NCBI GenBank assembly: GCA_041737355.1
Contig: JBGSRW010000010.1
Location: 3,935 to 67,934 of the forward strand
Source: Patescibacteria group bacterium
Lineage (GTDB): Bacteria > Patescibacteriota > Patescibacteriia > XYB2-FULL-38-15
DNA: 64,000 nt
Direction of reading: 5' to 3'
Shown: piece after piece, positions 34,815 through 43,497 of the stretch
Layout of the letters: every line of letters starts with the position of its first letter
How positions within the stretch are numbered: position 1 is the stretch's first letter
Notes under the pieces: generated by a model
The model's input: only the letters and a program-made list of their open reading frames with translations
What the model was told of the DNA's origin: nothing
Databases searched by the model: none
Program-made: the position numbers and the translations under genes

Positions 34815-35597
34815 ATGAAAATGTGGGTTTGTAACAATTGCGGCTACCTTCACGCCGGGAATAATCCTCCCAAGAATTGTCCGCGTTGCGGTTCCGAATC
34901 GGCGGAGTTCGATCTTACCCCGGTTAAACCTTCGTCGGAACGGGCCCGCGCCCTGAAGCCGGCGGACTTTTTGATTATCAACGGTTCGAAACACCGGTCG
35001 CACAATACCCGTCTTTTTACGGAAATGACAGCCGAAGTTTTCCGTGAGCAAAAAAAATCGCATCTGGTCATCAATTTATGCGAGTATAGAGTAGATCCCT
35101 GCTGGCATTGCTATTCCGTGAAAGAGGATCTTTGCCAGGAGCCCTGCCGGAACGGGGACGACGACATGAAATATTTTTATCCCTTGCTAAAAAAATGTAA
35201 GGGGGTTATTATTGTCTCGCCAATCAATTGGAACAACATGTCGGCGATCCTGAAGCATTTTTTGGACCGCCTGACCGCGATTCAAAACATGTTTCTGGTC
35301 AAAGGCGAGACGCCGATGCTCGGAAAAATTTACGGCATCGTTATCAACGGCCACGAAGACGGAGCTTATAAGACAGCCGCCGATATCTCGGTCTATGCGG
35401 AAAATCTTGGCATGGTTTTAGCGCCTTTCGGGATTACCTACACGACGCACGGCCGTAATTTTAAGACGGAAGAAGACCATTCTTATTTTGAAACCGACAA
35501 AAAAACCAGGAATTATGTCCGGGCGGTGGCCAACAACGTGATTAAATTTTCTTCAATAAAATTCGATTATAAAAAAATTATTCCCGCGGCGGAATAA
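34815..35597 (+). CDS. rubredoxin-like domain fused to iron-sulfur flavoprotein / FMN reductase domain
   Basis: WVCNNCGY...CPRCG; IINGS...NT; PCWHC...C...C...DDM; SPINW. Confidence 0.85.
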   Translation: MKMWVCNNCGYLHAGNNPPKNCPRCGSESAEFDLTPVKPSSERARALKPADFLIINGSKHRSHNTRLFTEMTAEVFREQKKSHLVINLCEYRVDPCWHCYSVKEDLCQEPCRNGDDDMKYFYPLLKKCKGVIIVSPINWNNMSAILKHFLDRLTAIQNMFLVKGETPMLGKIYGIVINGHEDGAYKTAADISVYAENLGMVLAPFGITYTTHGRNFKTEEDHSYFETDKKTRNYVRAVANNVIKFSSIKFDYKKIIPAAE

Positions 35598-35623
35598 CGG
35601 CTAATAATTAATTTTTCAAAATT

Positions 35624-35845
35624 ATGTCCGTGGAAAATTCACAAGAGAATTTTTCCAAATGCGGCTGCGAACCATGCCCGAGCTACAACGCCTGTATGAG
35701 GGGCGGGACGGAAAAATTGTACTGTGCCAAGGAAAAAAGTCATTGCGAAGTGCCGATGAAGGGATGCACTTGCATGAACTGCACCGTTCATAAGGAAAAC
35801 AATCTTAATTCCGGTTATTATTGCGTTAAAGGCTCAGCCAACTAA
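35624..35845 (+). CDS. DUF2769-like Cys-rich protein
   Basis: C.C..CPSY..C.....LYC...KS.C.....GC.C..C.V.......YYC..G. Confidence 0.8.
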   Translation: MSVENSQENFSKCGCEPCPSYNACMRGGTEKLYCAKEKSHCEVPMKGCTCMNCTVHKENNLNSGYYCVKGSAN

Positions 35846-35875
35846 TTATTAATAACTAAGTATTAATAAAAAACT

Positions 35876-36034
35876 ATGGCAGTAAAAAATGTCGGCGAAA
35901 AATATCGCTGTAATGTATGCGGCAACGAAATAACCGTCTCCGAAGTCGGGGGCGGTACCTTGGTTTGCTGCGAAGAAGAAATGGAAAATATCGACGGAGA
36001 AACGGCGGAAGAGGAAAACGAGGAAGAAGTTTAA
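35876..36034 (+). CDS. desulforedoxin-like FeCys4 protein (52 aa, absent from ORF track)
   Basis: MAVKNVGEKYRCNVCGNEITVSEVGGGTLVCCEEEM..., read directly from the sequence. Confidence 0.88.
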   Translation: MAVKNVGEKYRCNVCGNEITVSEVGGGTLVCCEEEMENIDGETAEEENEEEV

Positions 36035-36052
36035 TCGCTAAGCTTTAAAAAT

Positions 36053-36613
36053 ATGTCCAGAACCCAAGAAAATTTGAGGCGGGCGTTTGCCGGCGAATCA
36101 ATGGCCCGCAATAAATACACTTTTTTTGCCCTGAAAGCGAGAAAAGAGGGCTACGAGGGAATCGCCAGAATTTTTGAAGAGACGGCGGCCAATGAAATGG
36201 AGCACGCCGAGCGCCTGATGAGTTTTATGAAAGGCGAACCGCCGGTAACTCTCGAGGGTTACAGCGTGCCGGAGCTTTCCGGAACAGCGGAAAATCTGGT
36301 GGCCGCGGCTGCTGGCGAGCATTACGAATGGACCGATATGTATCCGTCTTTTGAAAAGATCGCCCGCGAAGAAGGGGAAAACGAAATCGCCGACGTCTTC
36401 CGTGAAATCGGAGAAGTCGAAGAACAACACGAGAAACGGTATCAGATATTGCTTGCCAAAGTCAAAGAAAAAAAAGTTTTCAAAAGCGAAGAACCGATTC
36501 GCTGGAAATGTCTGAACTGCGGTTATATCCACGAAGGAACCGAACCGCCGGCCAAGTGTCCGGCTTGCGGCGAACCGCGCGCTTTCTACGAACCTTGGTG
36601 CCAGAATTATTAG
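36053..36613 (+). CDS. rbr: rubrerythrin
   Basis: [39 protein letters not shown]...CPACG. Confidence 0.95.
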   Translation: MSRTQENLRRAFAGESMARNKYTFFALKARKEGYEGIARIFEETAANEMEHAERLMSFMKGEPPVTLEGYSVPELSGTAENLVAAAAGEHYEWTDMYPSFEKIAREEGENEIADVFREIGEVEEQHEKRYQILLAKVKEKKVFKSEEPIRWKCLNCGYIHEGTEPPAKCPACGEPRAFYEPWCQNY

Positions 36614-36662
36614 GGCTTGAAATTTTTAAAGGGATAAGTTAATATTTTCTTATCCCTTACGT

Positions 36663-36739
36663 GGGCGGCTAGCTCAGTTGGTTAGAGCGTTACATTGACA
36701 TTGTAAAGGTCACAGGTTCGACTCCTGTGCCGCCCACCA
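36663..36739 (+). tRNA. tRNA-Val(GAC)
   Basis: GGGCGGC/GCCGCCC acceptor stem; TTACA-TTGACAT-TGTAA anticodon arm; GGTTCGACTCC; encoded CCA. Confidence 0.97.
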
Positions 36740-36821
36740 TGAAAATTAGGCAATTTTTAAACCGCCGGAAGGCGGTTTTTTTATTTACATTTTTTGGGGT
36801 TTGTGATAATTTTCCTTCTGG

Positions 36822-36897
36822 TTGCCTGAATTCGGGCAATAGGGGAAAAGGCCGCCCGGGCGAAAGCTTTGGCGGACCCAAGGAGGAGAGAAGACAG
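36822..36897 (+). promoter_or_regulatory. structured 5' leader of purA, shared with 9215-9280
   Basis: TTGCCTGAATTCGGGCAA and GCCGCCCGGGCGAAAGCTTTGGCGG hairpins, then AAGGAGGAGA. Confidence 0.7.
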
Positions 36898-38247
36898 ATG
36901 GGAAAGCATGTGATTGTGGTTGGCGTACAGTGGGGCGACGAGTCAAAGGGAAGGGTGGTTGATTTTCTCACCCTCTTCTACGACGCGGTCATCCGTTTCC
37001 AGGGCGGCAACAACGCCGGCCACACGGTGGTAGACGACGAAGGCCGGACGTTCAAGATGCGGCAGGTTCCCTCGGGAGTTGTCCGCGGAGTTTTGGCCGT
37101 ACTCGGGAACGGGATGGTTCCCAATCCTTTTGCCCTAGTTGACGAGATCGAAGAACTGCGGAAGGCGGGGCTCGCGATTTCTCCCGAAAATCTGATCATT
37201 GCCGAGAGCGCTCCGCTGAATCTTCCGATCCACTCCGAACTCGACCGGATCCGGGAGGAGATGAGCGGCAAGAACAAGATCGGAACTACCGGCCGGGGAA
37301 TCGGTCCGGCCTATGAGGACAAGATCGCCCGCCGGGCGATCCGCGTCGCGGATCTGGCCGATCCCGCCTATCTCAAAGATCGCCTCGCGGCGCTTTTCAC
37401 TCATCACAACGCCCTCCGGCGCGGACTGGGCGCACCGGAAGCCAGCTTCAGGGAGACCTTCGTCCAGCTCCGGGAAATCGCCCCGAAGATTCTGCTTTAT
37501 GCGGCGCCGGTCTGGCGGGTTCTCTACGGAATGGACCAGAAAGGCAAGCGGTTCATCTTCGAGGGGACCCAGGGAGCGATGCTTTCGGTCGAGCACGGTA
37601 CCTATCCCTACGTGACTTCGTCCGACACTTCCGCCGGTCAGGCCTCGGTCGGCTCGGGTTTCCCGGCCGGCAAGGGGAGTTTCGTTCTCGGAGTGGCAAA
37701 GGCTTACACGACGCGGGTCGGCGGCGGGCCTTTCCCGACCGAACTTTTGGACGAGACCGGCAGCCGGATGCGCGAGTGCGGCAGCGAGTTCGGGACGAAT
37801 ACCGGCCGGCCGCGGCGTTGCGGCTGGTTTGATGCCGTGGCGGTCCGCCAGGCGGTGCGCCTCTCGGGCGTCGACGGCCTCGTCATCTCCAAACTCGACG
37901 TTTTGGACGGATTCCGTGAACTCAAAATTTGCGTCGACTACCGAGACGGCGGAAAAAGCTACGACTATCTCCCGGCTTCGCCGGCCATTCAGGCCACCTG
38001 CGAGCCGGTCTACGAATCCCTGCCAGGGTGGGAAGATCCCTGCAAGGGAGCGACGTCCGCTGATCGTCTGCCTGCGGCGGCGATCAACTATCTCCGCCGG
38101 ATTGAGAAGTTCGTCGGCGTTCCGGTAATCCTCGCCTCTGCAAGTCCGGTGCGGGGAGAAATGGTCGTGGTGACCGACCACGAGATTCTGCACGGCCGGG
38201 TAGCCGGCTGCACGAGTCGTTTTGGCCATCCGTTGGCCGGCATCTAG
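36898..38247 (+). CDS. purA: adenylosuccinate synthetase
   Basis: QWGDESKG, RFQGGNNAGHT, IGTTGRGIGPAY, GTYPYVTSS, TGRPRRCGWFD; ATG 36898 after SD. Confidence 0.95.
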   Translation: MGKHVIVVGVQWGDESKGRVVDFLTLFYDAVIRFQGGNNAGHTVVDDEGRTFKMRQVPSGVVRGVLAVLGNGMVPNPFALVDEIEELRKAGLAISPENLIIAESAPLNLPIHSELDRIREEMSGKNKIGTTGRGIGPAYEDKIARRAIRVADLADPAYLKDRLAALFTHHNALRRGLGAPEASFRETFVQLREIAPKILLYAAPVWRVLYGMDQKGKRFIFEGTQGAMLSVEHGTYPYVTSSDTSAGQASVGSGFPAGKGSFVLGVAKAYTTRVGGGPFPTELLDETGSRMRECGSEFGTNTGRPRRCGWFDAVAVRQAVRLSGVDGLVISKLDVLDGFRELKICVDYRDGGKSYDYLPASPAIQATCEPVYESLPGWEDPCKGATSADRLPAAAINYLRRIEKFVGVPVILASASPVRGEMVVVTDHEILHGRVAGCTSRFGHPLAGI

Positions 38248-38266
38248 AAAAGAAGGAGAAGAGAGT

Positions 38267-38306
38267 ACTCGCCAAGGTCGTCAGCAGGACCAAGGCGAGT
38301 TTTTTT
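38267..38306 (+). terminator. intrinsic terminator of purA
   Basis: ACTCGCC...GGCGAGT plus T-tract. Confidence 0.7.
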
Positions 38307-38342
38307 AAACAAAAAAACGGGCCGTCCAAGCCCGTTTCATTT

Positions 38343-39500
38343 TTATCTCTTGAGGAGCAAATTCATTTTTATTTCTTCAATAATTTCTTTTTCCGCTTCG
38401 GCGAGTTTGACCCCGGTAAGGCAGAATTGCCGCATGTCTTTGCCGCCCTCCGCCTCGCGGGAAATGAGCCGGCCGGCCTCGGCGCCCTTCAAAGTTTTTA
38501 TAAGGCAGCAGATTTTTGTTTCCGAAGAATTAGTGTAGGGAATTTCGTAAAAGAGAACAACGATTTCCGCTTCCGGCGAATTGGCGATCAGCTCGTCAAT
38601 AACCTCGGTCAGTTCTTCCACTTCGGCGCCCGAGGTAATAAAATCGTCGCGGGTCAGAAGAGACCAGACAATTTTTGTCGAGGGATCGTTTTTCAAACGC
38701 ATCAGCGCCCGTCCCCAGAGTTTCAATGTTCCGATGGTTTTGGTCTGATAGAGATTTTTTATAATTTCTTCGCGCCTGGCGCCGCGGGCGACAAGCTGGC
38801 TCGCGATGCCGAGCGTCCGCGGGGTGACGGCGAGCGATTTGAAGCTTCTGGTTTTAGAGATCATCCCCGCCAAAAGCAGAGTCGCCACTTCCTCGTCGAT
38901 AAGATTGGGATTCATTTTTTCCAAAAAGTTAAAAAGAATTTCCGCGGTGGAAGTCGCGTTCATTTCGACGAGATTGATCTGGCCGAATTGTTCGTTGGCC
39001 GGACTGTGGTCTATATTTATCATCGGGGTATTGAAAAAGAATTCGGTATTTTTATGGTAAAGCCCGCCGAGCGATTCCAGATCCGGAGTATCGAGAACAA
39101 TCACGAGATCGTATTTATAGTTGGAAAGAGCGGTGGTAATTTCTTTTTGGTCGATGTTACGGTGTTCCGGGGCGACAAAAATATTGAGTTTTGTCCCATT
39201 CATTTCGTAGTGCAATCCGCCGATTTGGTTCCCGGAAACATCGACGCTGATAATCAAGTTTCTGAGGTTGGAAATGTCCGGTTTGATATTTTCTATCCGC
39301 GGAAGAAAAGTGAAAGTTTTTGGAGCGACAAAATCGTCACAGACGATATCAACGACCGGTTTGTTCATTTTTTTTAAAATATTATGCAATGCTAAACTGG
39401 AAGCAACGGCATCGCCGCTCCAGTTTTTCCGAAAAGCGACCAATGGCCGGCTGCTTTTTTCGATTGTTTCGAAGATTTGCTGGGTTAAATTAAGCGCCAC
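38343..39500 (-). CDS. DHH-family phosphoesterase (NrnA-like)
   Basis: SGDAVAS, VLDT, INIDHS, STAEI. Confidence 0.85.
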   Translation of the reverse strand: MALNLTQQIFETIEKSSRPLVAFRKNWSGDAVASSLALHNILKKMNKPVVDIVCDDFVAPKTFTFLPRIENIKPDISNLRNLIISVDVSGNQIGGLHYEMNGTKLNIFVAPEHRNIDQKEITTALSNYKYDLVIVLDTPDLESLGGLYHKNTEFFFNTPMINIDHSPANEQFGQINLVEMNATSTAEILFNFLEKMNPNLIDEEVATLLLAGMISKTRSFKSLAVTPRTLGIASQLVARGARREEIIKNLYQTKTIGTLKLWGRALMRLKNDPSTKIVWSLLTRDDFITSGAEVEELTEVIDELIANSPEAEIVVLFYEIPYTNSSETKICCLIKTLKGAEAGRLISREAEGGKDMRQFCLTGVKLAEAEKEIIEEIKMNLLLKR

Positions 39501-39641
39501 AAGTTCCTTTAAACGGGATAAAATTAATAGTTAGTTTTTCAGTATAGTCTAAGCTAACAGGGGTGTCAATTGTCTTCAAAGTTGTTAATTCGGGGGGTTT
39601 CTGATAAAATTAGGGAATTATTAAGACAAAATAAGCGATTT

Positions 39642-42269
39642 ATGCCCGAATTGCCCAAGGCCTACAATCCCAAGGAAGTCGAAGACAAAATATATCAGAA
39701 ATGGGAGAAATCAGGGTATTTTAATCCGGATAAGCTGCCCCGTCAAGGGCGGGATGTTTTTTCTATTGTTATGCCTCCGCCGAACGTAACCGGGACTCTG
39801 CACCTCGGCCATGCGGTCATGCTCGCGCTGGAAGATATTCTAATACGTTATCACCGGATGAAAGGCGACAAAACACTCTGGCTTCCCGGTACAGATCATG
39901 CGGCCATCGCCACCCAGACCAAGGTGGAAAAACTTTTGAAGGAAAAAGAAGGAAAGTCGCGCCACGACCTGGGTAGGGAAAAATTTCTTGCTGAGGTTGA
40001 GAAATTTGTTTCCGAAACGAAGGGTGTCATAAAAAATCAGATAAGAAAAATGGGTTCAAGCTGCGATTGGTCGCGCGAGGCCTATACCCTGGATGAGCCG
40101 AGGTCGTTTGCGGTGCGGACTGTTTTTAAAATGATGCACGACGACGGTTTGATTTACCGCGGAGAGCGGATAGTTAATTGGTGCCCGCGCTGCGGTTCCA
40201 CTCTGGCCGACGACGAGGTTGAATATAGAACTCAGAAAGCAAAATTTTATACCTTCCGTTATAGCAAAGATTTTCCCTTTGCCATTGCCACGACTCGGCC
40301 GGAAACCAAATTAGGAGATACGGCAGTGGCCGTCAATCCTAAAGACGAGCGGTATAAAAAATATATTGGTAAAACTTTTGAGATTGATTTTGTCGGCGTG
40401 TCTTTGAAATTGAAAATTATCGCCGACCGCGCGATTGATGCGGCTTTCGGAACCGGGGCGCTCGGCGTGACGCCGGCTCATTCCATGGCCGATTGGCAGA
40501 TGGCCGAACGGAATAATTTGCCGGTTGTTAAAGTAGTCGACGAGCAGGGGAAAATCAGACAGGGCTTTGGTGCGTACTCCGGCAAGACCGTAGCGGAGGC
40601 GCGTAATTTGATCGCGGAGAAACTTAAAGAAGACGGACTTATAGAAAAAGAAGAGGAGATTGAAAATAATTTATCGCTTTGCTACCGCTGTGGTACGCCG
40701 ATTGAACCCTTACCCTCGCTCCAGTGGTTCATCGATGTCAATAAGAAATTCAAGATCAAGGGTAATGGAATAAAGGGATATAAAAAAGGCAGCGAGGCGA
40801 CGCTAAAGGAGTTGGCTATTGCCGCGGTAAAAGGGGGCCAGATAAAAATTCTCCCGGACCGTTTCCTGAAAGTTTATTATCATTGGATGGAAAATCTGCG
40901 CGATTGGTGTATCTCCCGCCAGATTTGGTTTGGCCATCGCGTGCCGGTTTGGTATAAGGGCAAGGAAACTTATGTCGGGGCGGGGAGGCCGGAAGGCGAA
41001 GGATGGAAACAGGACGAAGACACGCTTGATACGTGGTTCTCTTCGGGGCTTTGGACTTTCACCACGCTCGGCTGGCCGGAAAAAACTAGTGATTTTAAAA
41101 CTTACCATCCGACCTCAGTTCTTGAAACCGGCTACGATATTTTATTTTTCTGGATTGCCAGGATGATTTTGATGACAACCTACGTTTTGGGAGATATTCC
41201 TTTCAAAAATGTATATCTCCACGGGATGGTCCGCGACGAGAAGGGGAGAAAGATGTCCAAGTCGCTTGGTAACATAATAGACCCCCTGGAAACGGCGGAT
41301 AAATACGGTACTGATGCGGTGCGCCTGTCTTTGGCGCTCGGCACTTCGCCGGGAAGCGATATGAGATTGTACGACGAAAAAATCGCAGGTTTCAGAAATT
41401 TTACCAACAAAATTTGGAATATCGGGCGGTATGTGGTGGAAAAAACCAAAGATAAAAAAACCAAAATAAAGGTGAAAGCGGAGACCGTTGCCGAGAGATG
41501 GATTTTGTCGAGGTTAAACGGCGTGATTGGGGAAGTAACGTCGCATTTGGAAAACTGCGAATTTTCCCAAGCGGGAGAAAAATTAAGAGCTTTCAGCTGG
41601 GATGAGTTCGCCGACTGGTATTTGGAAATAAATAAAATTCAACCGAACAATTCTCTTCTCGCGGCGGCATATTCCGTGCTTCTGAAACTTTGGCATCCTT
41701 TTATGCCTTACGTAACGGAGGAACTTTGGCCTAATTTTGGCGGAGGGCTTCTTCTAGTTGCCGAGTGGCCTAAAGCGGAAAAAAAATTATCCGATAAAAA
41801 AGCGGAAAAAGATTTCGAATTTTTAAGAAGCATTATTACGGCGATCCGCGGCATGCGGGCCGATTACAGGATAGAACCGGCTAAAAAGGTCCGGGTAGTC
41901 GTTTACGCAGGGGCCAAGAAAAAATTTATTGACAGTCAGAGCGAGATTATAAAAAATTTGGCCAGAGTCGAAATATTGGAAGTAGAAAAATCTGGGAAAA
42001 AACCGGACCAATCGGCCGGGATGATAATTTCCGGAGCGGAAATTTATTTGCCGCTTGCCGGAATGATAGATGTCGCCAAAGAAAAGAATCAATTAGAAAA
42101 AGAATTAGGCGAGGCGGAAAAATATCTGGCGGTTATAAAGAATAAATTATCCAACAAGTCTTTTACGGAGCATGCGCCAAAAGAAATTGTCGACGGCGAG
42201 AAAGAAAAGCTGGAAACGCAGAAAGAAAAAGTGGAAAAAATAAAAAATCAATTGAAATCGATTATTTAA
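39642..42269 (+). CDS. valS: valine--tRNA ligase
   Basis: PPPNVTGTLHLGH, DWCISRQ, KMSKS, C-terminal coiled coil. Confidence 0.97.
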   Translation: MPELPKAYNPKEVEDKIYQKWEKSGYFNPDKLPRQGRDVFSIVMPPPNVTGTLHLGHAVMLALEDILIRYHRMKGDKTLWLPGTDHAAIATQTKVEKLLKEKEGKSRHDLGREKFLAEVEKFVSETKGVIKNQIRKMGSSCDWSREAYTLDEPRSFAVRTVFKMMHDDGLIYRGERIVNWCPRCGSTLADDEVEYRTQKAKFYTFRYSKDFPFAIATTRPETKLGDTAVAVNPKDERYKKYIGKTFEIDFVGVSLKLKIIADRAIDAAFGTGALGVTPAHSMADWQMAERNNLPVVKVVDEQGKIRQGFGAYSGKTVAEARNLIAEKLKEDGLIEKEEEIENNLSLCYRCGTPIEPLPSLQWFIDVNKKFKIKGNGIKGYKKGSEATLKELAIAAVKGGQIKILPDRFLKVYYHWMENLRDWCISRQIWFGHRVPVWYKGKETYVGAGRPEGEGWKQDEDTLDTWFSSGLWTFTTLGWPEKTSDFKTYHPTSVLETGYDILFFWIARMILMTTYVLGDIPFKNVYLHGMVRDEKGRKMSKSLGNIIDPLETADKYGTDAVRLSLALGTSPGSDMRLYDEKIAGFRNFTNKIWNIGRYVVEKTKDKKTKIKVKAETVAERWILSRLNGVIGEVTSHLENCEFSQAGEKLRAFSWDEFADWYLEINKIQPNNSLLAAAYSVLLKLWHPFMPYVTEELWPNFGGGLLLVAEWPKAEKKLSDKKAEKDFEFLRSIITAIRGMRADYRIEPAKKVRVVVYAGAKKKFIDSQSEIIKNLARVEILEVEKSGKKPDQSAGMIISGAEIYLPLAGMIDVAKEKNQLEKELGEAEKYLAVIKNKLSNKSFTEHAPKEIVDGEKEKLETQKEKVEKIKNQLKSII

Positions 42270-42274
42270 AATTT

Positions 42275-43495
42275 ATGAAACTAAGCACCGACGCCAAAAA
42301 AATTGAAGAAGTTTTAATCCGTTCGATCGATACAATTTATCCCGACCGGAAGACCTTTGAGGAAATGCTAAAATCGGGAAAACAGCTTAGAATTTACATG
42401 GGTATCGATCCGACGGCGACTTATGTTCATCTGGGGCACGCGACCAATTACATTATTTTGAAACGACTGCACGACCTTGGCCATAAGATTATTGTTCTTA
42501 TCGGCGACTTCACTGCTATGATCGGCGACCCGAGCGACAAGGGCGCGGCTAGAAAAAGGCTGACGCGGGTCGACGTGGAAAAAAATCTCAAAACTTTCAA
42601 AAAACAGATCGGTAAGATTTTGGATTTTTCCGACAAGAAAAATCCCATTGAGTTAAAATTCAATTCCGACTGGCTGGCAAAACTTAACTTTGAGCAGCTT
42701 GTCGACTTGGCCTCCAATTTTACCGTGCAGCGGATGCTTGAGCGGGATATTTTTGAAAAAAGAATAAGGGAAAACAAGCCTCTTTATGTCCATGAATTTT
42801 TTTATCCCCTGATGCAAGGCTACGATTCGGTAGCTCTGGAAGCCGACGCGGAAATCGGCGGAACCGACCAGACTTTTAATATGCTGGCCGGTCGGCAGCT
42901 TGTAGCCGCCTACCAAAAACGGGAAAAAATTGTCGTGACGACAACCTTGCTCGAAAATCCGGTAACCGGCGAAAAACTTATGAGTAAGAGCTTGGGCACG
43001 GGTATCGGACTGGACGAAGAGCCGGACGAGATGTATGGGAAAACCATGGCCTTGCCAGACGAAGCAATTATCCAGGTCTTTGTTGACTGCACTTATTTGC
43101 CGATGGAAGAAATAAAAGAGATGGAAGAACAACTCAAGAAGGGAACCAATCCGCGGGATCTTAAGATGCGCTTGGCCCGCGAAATTGTAAACATGTATCA
43201 CTCGGCCGCGGAAGCTAAAAAGGCGGAAGAAAATTTTATAAAAGTTTTTCAAAAAAAAGAAAAACCAGAAGAGATAGCCGAGGTAAAAATAAAAAAACCC
43301 AAAATAAACATTTTGGATCTGCTCGTGGAAACAAGGCTGGCAGCCAGCAAAGGCGAGGCTCGCCGGTTGTTGGAGCAGGGCGGCGTTAAGATTGACGACG
43401 AAATAATCAAAGACATCAAAACGGAAGTCACGGTTTCAAGAGACGGCGTTTTGATTCAAAAAGGAAAAAGATTTTTTGTGAAAGTCAGGAGTTAA
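42275..43495 (+). CDS. tyrS: tyrosine--tRNA ligase
   Basis: GIDPT...HLGH, YPLMQGYD, GGTDQ, MSKS, S4 domain. Confidence 0.97.
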   Translation: MKLSTDAKKIEEVLIRSIDTIYPDRKTFEEMLKSGKQLRIYMGIDPTATYVHLGHATNYIILKRLHDLGHKIIVLIGDFTAMIGDPSDKGAARKRLTRVDVEKNLKTFKKQIGKILDFSDKKNPIELKFNSDWLAKLNFEQLVDLASNFTVQRMLERDIFEKRIRENKPLYVHEFFYPLMQGYDSVALEADAEIGGTDQTFNMLAGRQLVAAYQKREKIVVTTTLLENPVTGEKLMSKSLGTGIGLDEEPDEMYGKTMALPDEAIIQVFVDCTYLPMEEIKEMEEQLKKGTNPRDLKMRLAREIVNMYHSAAEAKKAEENFIKVFQKKEKPEEIAEVKIKKPKINILDLLVETRLAASKGEARRLLEQGGVKIDDEIIKDIKTEVTVSRDGVLIQKGKRFFVKVRS

Positions 43496-43497
43496 TT

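Noticed and set aside
19207-36613. Classical integron cassette array
   Set aside because: Most spacers are too short and AT-rich to hold attC sites, and no intI is visible; kept only as a cassette-like observation
36727-36897. 57-aa N-terminal extension of PurA in the ORF track
   Set aside because: It overlaps the tRNA-Val 3' end and its terminator; homology and the SD point to ATG 36898
37135-38229. 364-aa antisense ORF within purA
   Set aside because: Antisense shadow typical of GC3-rich genes; no motifs
36663-38340. purA islet as a tRNA-integrated element with att duplication
   Set aside because: No repeat of the tRNA 3' end is found downstream and there is no integrase
39501-39641. T-box leader upstream of valS
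   Set aside because: The spacer is short, shared with a divergent gene, and lacks the T-box consensus and terminator
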